A DNA stretch of 38,050 nt from a virus. Shown here piece by piece: positions 32,203-38,050 of the stretch (the stretch's first letter is position 1; the number at the start of each line of letters is the position of its first letter). Under the pieces are notes generated by a model that was not told where the DNA came from, did not search any database, and was given only the letters and a program-made list of their open reading frames with translations. The DNA is taken from positions 1-38,050 of the IMG/VR virus record IMGVR_UViG_3300044693_000047; one strand, given 5' to 3'. Both the position numbers and the translations under genes were made by a program.

Positions 32203-33486
32203 ATGGAAACGAAAGAATCGCCGGGTGCCGAGAAAGGTGCCAGCACCGAACTTACTGTTCTGCTTGATCTTACGAAGACTGAAAAGGATCTGGCTGTCTT
32301 CGAGGAAACGCACCGCAACGTGGTGTATGACGTGACCGTGCCAGCGGAAATGAAGAAGGCCAAGCAGGTACGGGCGGAAGCGAAGACCATGCGCACCACC
32401 GTCGAGAAGAAGCGACTGGAAGCCGGGCGCATCTTGCTTGACATGAAGAAGACCAACGACGATAAGGCCAAGGCTCTGATTGAACGCATTAGCTTGATTG
32501 AAGAGCCGCTTGACTCGGCCATCAAGACAGAAGAAGCGCGCGTTGAAGCAGAGCGTGCTGCGGCGGCAGCAAAGGAACAGGAACGCGTTGATCGTCATGA
32601 AGCGAATATCCAGCGCTTACGTGATTTCCCATTGTCCTTACAAGGAAAGCCATCATCCGTGATCGAATCGCGTATTGAAGCATTCATACGCGAGCACTTC
32701 GACACTATCGAAAACGAGCATTACGAAGAATTTTCGCAGCGCGCGAAGGATGCGTATTTTGCAGCATTACATAGTGCACGCATTGTATGTGATCAAGCGA
32801 AGGCCGATGAAGCTGAGCGCGAGCGCGTACGCAAGCAGGACGAAGAAAATGCACGCCTTCGCGAACAGGTTGCGCAGATGGAACGAGAACGCGAGGAAGC
32901 ACGGCAGCGCGAGGAAGCGCGCCGGCTTGAAGACGAGAAGCGCGAACAAGCGCGCATTGACAGCATCAAAGATCGCATCGCTCATATACGCACTTTCGGC
33001 TTCACAGCCGATTACGAAATGAGGTCGCACGCTGAGCTTGTCGCATCCCTAGAACGCTTGGACAAAGAAGATCCATCCGTAGATGGCGGCTTCGACTTCC
33101 AGGAGTTCAAGGATGAAGCCAAGCAAGCGTGGATGGATTCGCATGCCGCATTGATGCACGCCATTGCATCCGCACAAGAACGCGAAGAAGAAGCGCGTGC
33201 CGATCAGCAACGCCGCCATGATGAAGACTTACGCCTTGCTCAGCAGCGTGAAGAACAGCGCAGAGAGAAGGAACGTCTTGATCGCGAGCGTGCTGAGCAC
33301 GAAGCACAAGTCGAGCGTGATCGTATCGCTAAGATTGGGTTGATGGAGGCTGTGAAGGCGGTAGTGGATGATTTTCGCGAAGACTATCCAATCCCTGAAT
33401 CCATCCAGGACTTAATCAAGGTCTACGACGCATTGCCGGTCGAGAAGAAGCAAGCGGCTAAGCCAGTCAAGAAGGCGGTGCAATGA
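32203..33486 (+). CDS. large coiled-coil Glu/Arg/Ala-rich protein (427 aa), possibly DUF1351-like recombination-module accessory
   Basis: METKESPGAEKGASTELTVLLDLTKTEKDLAVFEETHRN... It has long charged helices and lies upstream of the exonuclease/RecT genes, as DUF1351 genes do in other phages. Confidence 0.7.
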   Translation: METKESPGAEKGASTELTVLLDLTKTEKDLAVFEETHRNVVYDVTVPAEMKKAKQVRAEAKTMRTTVEKKRLEAGRILLDMKKTNDDKAKALIERISLIEEPLDSAIKTEEARVEAERAAAAAKEQERVDRHEANIQRLRDFPLSLQGKPSSVIESRIEAFIREHFDTIENEHYEEFSQRAKDAYFAALHSARIVCDQAKADEAERERVRKQDEENARLREQVAQMEREREEARQREEARRLEDEKREQARIDSIKDRIAHIRTFGFTADYEMRSHAELVASLERLDKEDPSVDGGFDFQEFKDEAKQAWMDSHAALMHAIASAQEREEEARADQQRRHDEDLRLAQQREEQRREKERLDRERAEHEAQVERDRIAKIGLMEAVKAVVDDFREDYPIPESIQDLIKVYDALPVEKKQAAKPVKKAVQ

Positions 33487-34055
33487 TGAAAATGCCCGTC
33501 ACAACCTTCGAAAAGCTCAAGAAACAAGGCGCTTGTGAGGAAGGCTATCGCAAGCTAGCCAAAGCGCTTGGCGGCATTTCTTCATTCGGAAAAGATGAGC
33601 CAATTACGCTCATCCAAATACTGGATAGCAACGGCCTGGATGATGCGATTTGGGCGTTACGCGCGTGCGATGACTGTGATCGGTTTGCACGCGAACTGGT
33701 GTGTGATTTCGCCGACGAATGCTTGCCTATCTTCGAGAAGCAAGCGCCAAAAGATAATCGTCCGCGCAAAGCCATTGAAGTAGCTCGTAGGTATGCGCGT
33801 GGAGAAGCTACGCAAGAAGAATTGGGCGCCGCCATGGCCGCCGCCAGGGACGCCGCCTGGAAGGCTGCCTTGGCCGCCAGGGCCGCCGCCTGGACGGCCG
33901 CCTGGGCCGCCGAATGGAAGGCTGCCTTGGCCGCCAGGGCCGCCGCCAGGGACGCCGCCTGGGCCGCCGAAAGGGACGCCGCCAGGGCCGCCTGGGGCGC
34001 CGCCAGGGCTAAGCAAGAAAAGATTCTGCGCGACAAGCTAAGGATGTGCGAATGA
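33483..34055 (+). CDS. protein with a globular N-domain and a C-terminal Ala/Trp/Arg/Asp repeat array (190 aa)
   Basis: ATG 33483 is in an ATGA overlap. ...LIQILDSNGLDDAIWALRACDD... is followed by AAMAAARDAAWKAALAARAAAWTAAWAAEWKAALAARAAARDAAWAAERDAARAAWGAARA. Confidence 0.75.
   Translation: MMKMPVTTFEKLKKQGACEEGYRKLAKALGGISSFGKDEPITLIQILDSNGLDDAIWALRACDDCDRFARELVCDFADECLPIFEKQAPKDNRPRKAIEVARRYARGEATQEELGAAMAAARDAAWKAALAARAAAWTAAWAAEWKAALAARAAARDAAWAAERDAARAAWGAARAKQEKILRDKLRMCE
33841..33963. repeat. internal direct repeats underlying the Ala/Trp repeat array
   Basis: A 33-nt unit tggaaggctgccttggccgccagggccgccgcc occurs at 33858-33890 and 33915-33947 (57-nt, 19-codon period). The 20-mer ccgccagggacgccgcctgg occurs at 33841-33860 and 33944-33963. 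Confidence 0.9.
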
Positions 34056-34855
34056 ACGACCGCTATTACATCGGCGGTGGCTTGATCGCCATGATCTTGG
34101 GCATATCGCCATTTGGAACACCGTTGGATGCGTACCAATCGATCATTGGGGAACGCCCTGCACTATCGCGCGAAGATCAAGAATTTTTCGAGCGTCGAAA
34201 ACTATGGGAGCCCTATGCACTTGAATGTTTTGTTCGGGCTACGGGGCGTCACATCAGGAAGATGAATCAGAGATATGACGATGCCTCATTTCCGTGGGCA
34301 AAAGCAGAAATCGATGGCGAGACGGATTTTGCAAACGTCGAGGTAAAGACAGTTGACCGTGATGTGGAATGGATGTGGGGCGATCCTGCTACCGAAGAAG
34401 CGCCCATGTATGTGACGGCCCAGGCGGCATGGGGCATCGGTGTGCATCCAAAGGAACTTGCCTACATTCATGCGTTCAGCATCTCACGTGACCGCATCTA
34501 CGAATGGCCGCGTGATGATGAAGTAGTGCTTTCCGTACGCGATGCGGCGCACCGCTTCTGGCATAACCATGTTGAGAAGCGCCGTCCACCGCTACCAACG
34601 AATGTCGCCGATGTGCTGACGCTTTATGGCCGAGGCACTGCGCGTGCCCTGGAAGCCAGCGACGAAGTGATCAGCGCACTCGAAGCACGCCAGAAAGCCA
34701 AGTGGAAGATCATCCAGCACGAAAAAGAAGTGCTCGATGCTGAGCTTACCATCAAGAAATTCATGTGCGACGCCAGTGTGCTTACTGTGCGTGGCAAGAC
34801 TGTAGCGACCTGGCGAAGTGATTCGCGAGGGATACGCAAATTCATCACCAAGTGA
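34052..34855 (+). CDS. YqaJ-family (lambda Exo-like) recombination exonuclease
   Basis: ATG 34052 is in an ATGA overlap. MNDRYYIGGGLIAMILGISPFGTPLDAYQSIIGERP... is the characteristic YqaJ N-terminus, and ...EVKTV... is a conserved catalytic-type motif. It lies upstream of recT. Confidence 0.8.
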   Translation: MNDRYYIGGGLIAMILGISPFGTPLDAYQSIIGERPALSREDQEFFERRKLWEPYALECFVRATGRHIRKMNQRYDDASFPWAKAEIDGETDFANVEVKTVDRDVEWMWGDPATEEAPMYVTAQAAWGIGVHPKELAYIHAFSISRDRIYEWPRDDEVVLSVRDAAHRFWHNHVEKRRPPLPTNVADVLTLYGRGTARALEASDEVISALEARQKAKWKIIQHEKEVLDAELTIKKFMCDASVLTVRGKTVATWRSDSRGIRKFITK

Positions 34856-34866
34856 GGAAGACCACC

Positions 34867-35886
34867 GTGGCCAACGAACTGAAAAACCATCTTCAACAGG
34901 CTAACAAGCAGCCGCAGTCCGTAAAGGAACTATTGGCAAGTCCGGCGATGCTTCAGCAGATTCAGCACGCACTTCCAAAGCATATGAAGGCGGATCGCAT
35001 GGCGCGTATTGCCATGACATTGATGCGCCAAACACCTGATCTTGCAAAGTGTGAACCCATGTCTTTCATGGGCGCTCTGATGCAGGTATCACAGCTTGGC
35101 TTAGAGCCTGGCGGTGCACTTGGGCATGCCTACCTGATTCCGTTCAAGGTTAGGCGTCGGCAAGGCGATCAGTGGATAGAGCGCCACGAAGTCCAAGTCA
35201 TCATTGGCTACCGTGGCATGATCGATATGGCTCGCCGATCTGGTCAGATTGTCAGCCTATCATCTCGCGTAGTTCGTGAGAAAGACAGATTCTCATACAG
35301 CTATGGCTTGATCGAAACGCTTGAGCATGTGCCCAGCGAAGAAATTGATGCTGGACCTATCACGCATGTTTATGCACGTGCCGAATTGAAAGGAGGTGGA
35401 TACCAGTTCGAAGTTATGACAGTTGCACAGGTCAATGCGGTGCGCGACAAGAGTCAAGGTTATATCGGCGCCCAAGCCAATGCGGAGCGCTACAAGAAGC
35501 CAGTTGATTCTCCATGGGTGAACAACTACGACGAGATGGCTCGCAAGACGGTCGTACGTCGCCTATTCAAATATCTGCCAGTGTCAATCGAGATTCAGGC
35601 TGCTGTTGGACTTGATGAGCAAGCCGAGGCCGGCATTAATCAGCACAATGCTGCCTTGATTGATGCCGACTTCGATGTGATCAATGCACAGGATGAGATG
35701 GGACATGCTGAACAACCGCAAGGCATGACCGTGCAGGACGTCCACGACCAGCTCACTAATGCAAAGTCTACCGACGAACTTGACGATGCTTGGAACAACA
35801 AGACGCTGATTCAGGGACTCAGCAATAACGATGAAAAGTCGCTCGCCGCGCTGTATGCGAAGCGTGACGAAGAACTTCGCAAGTAA
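34867..35886 (+). CDS. recT: RecT-family single-strand annealing protein (alternative start GTG 34852)
   Basis: GAGGAAG RBS 6 nt before GTG 34867. ...MSFMGALMQVSQLGLEPGGALGHAYLIPF...IIGYRGMIDMARRSGQI...MARKTVVRRLFKYLP are RecT hallmarks. Confidence 0.85.
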   Translation: MANELKNHLQQANKQPQSVKELLASPAMLQQIQHALPKHMKADRMARIAMTLMRQTPDLAKCEPMSFMGALMQVSQLGLEPGGALGHAYLIPFKVRRRQGDQWIERHEVQVIIGYRGMIDMARRSGQIVSLSSRVVREKDRFSYSYGLIETLEHVPSEEIDAGPITHVYARAELKGGGYQFEVMTVAQVNAVRDKSQGYIGAQANAERYKKPVDSPWVNNYDEMARKTVVRRLFKYLPVSIEIQAAVGLDEQAEAGINQHNAALIDADFDVINAQDEMGHAEQPQGMTVQDVHDQLTNAKSTDELDDAWNNKTLIQGLSNNDEKSLAALYAKRDEELRK

Positions 35887-36076
35887 AGGAACCAAGGGGG
35901 ATGCGTATCCGGCCAACGCATACGATTTTTATGGGGTGAATGCGCAGGCTGATGCGCTAATGATGCTGGCAATAGCGGGTGAAGCCGTAGCCCACACGCT
36001 TCAAAGGGCCTGTAACAGATAGACCAATAAGCCGGAGATCAGCACCGGCCGCCCCACCAATTACCAGGAGATAACC

Positions 36077-36655
36077 ATGGCAACGCAAATGCTCAAGATC
36101 GACAATACGCAATGCAACATCAGCGCCGTGACGCCAGTCAGTTGCAGCATTGGCGAAGGCAAGGAAACGCGCATGTCGTTGTGCCTTATCTTCACGACTC
36201 GCGCAGAGCACCTCGATCAGCTCAAGAAGGGCCTTCGCAAGGCTCTGTATGCGAAGGTCCCAAAGAACAAGAAGGGCGACGATAACGCAGAGCCTCAGAG
36301 CGATGCTTTCCCGAACGAAGATGCAGAACTGACGGAACAGCGCTTCGCTGGCAAGCTTCCATCCATCCCCTGGGACGACATGCTCGAAGGCTACAACATG
36401 GCGCTTGGCTCCGGCCTTACGGCCACCGAGGCTAAATGCTTCGAAGGTGTGAAGCTCAAGAACTTCACCATCTGGGCGCAGAGTGCCGGCATGGTCAAGA
36501 TCAAGGTTTCCGCGCAAGTCGAATGCGATACGTACACCAAGGGCTGGCTGTGCGAGATCCTTCGCCACGACATGCAACTGTGGCTGTCTCCGCCTGGTGA
36601 AGAGTTAGATTTCGGCTTTGAAGAAGAACACGAAGAAGAAATGGAGGTCGAGTAA
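36077..36655 (+). CDS. hypothetical protein with a strongly acidic C-terminal tail (192 aa); possible SSB-like accessory
   Basis: AGGAGATAACC RBS. MATQMLKIDNTQCNISAV... ends DFGFEEEHEEEMEVE. It follows recT after a 190-nt gap. Confidence 0.7.
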   Translation: MATQMLKIDNTQCNISAVTPVSCSIGEGKETRMSLCLIFTTRAEHLDQLKKGLRKALYAKVPKNKKGDDNAEPQSDAFPNEDAELTEQRFAGKLPSIPWDDMLEGYNMALGSGLTATEAKCFEGVKLKNFTIWAQSAGMVKIKVSAQVECDTYTKGWLCEILRHDMQLWLSPPGEELDFGFEEEHEEEMEVE

Positions 36656-37080
36656 TGGAAACAATGACCGAACAACAGATGCGTGATCATAAGGTTCCGT
36701 GGTTCAAAACCGCGCAAGAACTTTCCGAATACATCGAAGGATTGATTGAGCAGGAGCACGATTATGGAACTTCGGCTTATGCCATGAGCCTAGCGGCTGT
36801 TGCTGCGTTCCAGTACGTCGCAAGCGCTGTTGGAGCAACAGGATTTCAGGCTTCATGCGCTGACTTGGATATCATACGTCGCACACGCCGTATCGATGGC
36901 CCTTTCATACTCCTGAAAGGCGATGATGCACTTTATCCGCAATATGATCTGCATAAGAAACTAAGCGATTTTCTATCAGAAATTGCGCCTTATCTGAAAG
37001 ATGCTGCATCTAAGAAAATTCATGAAAATAATGATGCTCATCCGGATGTAATGGCGCACTGGAAGAAGTTAGCTGAATAA
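36655..37080 (+). CDS. hypothetical protein (141 aa)
   Basis: ATG 36655 overlaps the upstream stop (TAATG). METMTEQQMRDHKVPWFKTAQELSEYIEGLIEQEHDYG... Confidence 0.7.
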   Translation: METMTEQQMRDHKVPWFKTAQELSEYIEGLIEQEHDYGTSAYAMSLAAVAAFQYVASAVGATGFQASCADLDIIRRTRRIDGPFILLKGDDALYPQYDLHKKLSDFLSEIAPYLKDAASKKIHENNDAHPDVMAHWKKLAE

Positions 37081-37108
37081 TTTTCGGAGTTGCGCCCGAA
37101 GCCGTGCT

Positions 37109-37139
37109 GCCGCTCGCGGTGAACAGCGGCCATCTTTTC
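37109..37139 (+). terminator. weak hairpin plus short T-run (possible attenuator)
   Basis: GCCGCT-cgcggtgaac-AGCGGC followed by catCTTTTCaa. The stem is only 6 bp and the T-run is short. Confidence 0.25.
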
Positions 37140-37156
37140 AACTATCGAGAGACGTC

Positions 37157-37384
37157 ATGAGCGAAGAAGAACTGCAACACGTGGAAGGCGAAATGCATAC
37201 GCTAGAAGAGAAACTGCACAACATTCTGCACGAGTTGGAAGCCAAGCTGCAGAACATCTTCGGATCGCATCCGAAGATCGCTGAGCACGTAGAGGAAGCG
37301 AAAGCGCAGGTTTCGAAGGCAGTACCAACGCCGCAGCCGTATGGCGGTGCGATACCACAAGAAACGAAGCCCGAAGACGAATAA
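37157..37384 (+). CDS. hypothetical acidic helical protein (75 aa)
   Basis: GAGAGA RBS. MSEEELQHVEGEMHTLEEKLHNILHELEAKLQNIF... Confidence 0.65.
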   Translation: MSEEELQHVEGEMHTLEEKLHNILHELEAKLQNIFGSHPKIAEHVEEAKAQVSKAVPTPQPYGGAIPQETKPEDE

Positions 37385-37421
37385 TTCGGCGTCACGCCAT
37401 GTCCAAGTGAGGTAGGGAGTG

Positions 37422-37505
37422 ATGAGCTACATCATTATTGGTGCCATTTGTTTTGTGATAGGCGTTCTAGTGGAACGCCATAGGCCGGAGGATTTCGATG
37501 AATGA
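37422..37505 (+). CDS. tiny hydrophobic peptide (27 aa), tentative
   Basis: GGTAGGGAGTG precedes ATG 37422. MSYIIIGAICFVIGVLVERHRPEDFDE. The stop overlaps the next start by 8 nt (ATGAATGA). Confidence 0.4.
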   Translation: MSYIIIGAICFVIGVLVERHRPEDFDE

Positions 37506-38050
37506 CATGACGAAGAAGGCGATGACGTTGGAGGACGTGCGGGATTGGATGCGTAGGTTGGAGAAACAGCATGACCTTATCCCACCTCTACGCGAAGCAT
37601 ACGGTTCGGCAGCCGACGCCATCAACACCCACCTATCCGTGCAGTGCAATTCATCGCTGATTGATGTCTATGACCGGCTTGAAAAGGTTGAGATGGATAA
37701 GAAAGCTTCGCTGCGCGAGGGTGAGGCGGTGGCATTCACATCTATTGACGATCTGGAACGACTGCACGATGACGGCGGCGGCATTGGACGTGTCGAGGTA
37801 AATTCTCGCGCGACGGCACATCGAAACGTTCCTCTCTACATCTCACCACCCCATCCCAACTTGGAGGTGACGGAGAAGTTAGTAAAGGCAATAGCTGACA
37901 AGGTATGCCGATACAACAACTCTCGCTATCAGCCATGGAGCGATAGTAACTCTCCGCATTATGGCGATGCAGAATATTTTGTGCGGCGAGTTCTTGAGTC
38001 TGCAAACATCACGCTTCCGACAGTATCAGATGAAATGATTGATGCTGCAC
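37498..38050 (+). CDS. hypothetical protein, 5' part of the junction-spanning ORF (continues at 61-155; 215 aa in total)
   Basis: ATG 37498 is open to the window end with no stop, so it is absent from the track. MNDMTKKAMTLEDVRDWMRRLEKQ...EGEAVAFTSIDD...NVPLYISPPHP... It continues through the repeat into frame 3 at the window start. Confidence 0.7.
   Translation, partial: MNDMTKKAMTLEDVRDWMRRLEKQHDLIPPLREAYGSAADAINTHLSVQCNSSLIDVYDRLEKVEMDKKASLREGEAVAFTSIDDLERLHDDGGGIGRVEVNSRATAHRNVPLYISPPHPNLEVTEKLVKAIADKVCRYNNSRYQPWSDSNSPHYGDAEYFVRRVLESANITLPTVSDEMIDAA
37991..38050. repeat. 60-bp terminal direct repeat, right copy (identical to 1-60)
   Basis: Exact identity to bases 1-60, read directly. 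Confidence 0.95.

Noticed and set aside
33545-34138. Minus-strand ORFs 33545..34138 and 33657..34016, and plus-strand ORF 33793..34041 (Pro/Gly-rich), across the Ala/Trp repeat region.
   Set aside because: These are shadow ORFs created by the GC-rich GCC/GCN repeat. They overlap a well-supported overlap-coupled plus-strand gene and disrupt the operon organisation.
35957-36577. 206-aa minus-strand ORF antisense to the 192-aa acidic-tailed gene.
   Set aside because: It is antisense to a plus-strand ORF that has a strong RBS and operon context. It has no RBS or partners on the minus strand here, so it is probably a GC-driven shadow.

Overview
The window appears to be a complete tailed-phage genome. 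Bases 1-60 are repeated exactly at 37991-38050 and an ORF reads across that junction, so the unit length is 37,990 bp, circular or circularly permuted. There are two divergent transcription arms. They start at a promoter/operator region at about 30479-30608 and converge on a bidirectional hairpin terminator at about 1658-1686. The leftward arm (30478 down to 1687, minus strand) starts with an early module: a Cro-like HTH, a replication initiator, a DnaB helicase, a Cys-rich protein, RusA and a DUF551-like protein. That module ends at an intrinsic terminator near 26144-26181. The arm continues with TerS, TerL, a seven-gene accessory island, a P22-like portal, scaffold and coat, and a head-associated small protein with its own terminator. 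Next come gp4-like and gp10-like connector proteins, three Gly/Ala/Gln-rich internal (ejection-type) proteins, two tail fibres, a lysis cassette and two secreted proteins. The rightward arm (30609 through the junction to 1659, plus strand) carries small early genes, a YqaJ-exonuclease/RecT recombination module and many tightly coupled hypothetical ORFs. I saw no integrase, CI-type repressor, tRNA, CRISPR array, reverse transcriptase or DNA polymerase. The most unusual items are: (1) an ORF encoding about 42 Gly-X dipeptides (X = Ser/Tyr/Asp) on a 255-bp hexanucleotide repeat; (2) two divergent GroES-family co-chaperonins, one with T4 gp31-like features; (3) an orphan PurD-like ATP-grasp ligase coupled to a small Lys-rich protein inside the tail module; (4) an Asp/Asn beta-hydroxylase-type cupin inside the virion module; (5) a lysis cassette with no recognisable spanins, followed by two signal-peptide proteins; and (6) an Ala/Trp/Arg repeat protein fused into the recombination operon. 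All family assignments come from motif recognition by eye and need HMM or structure searches to confirm.
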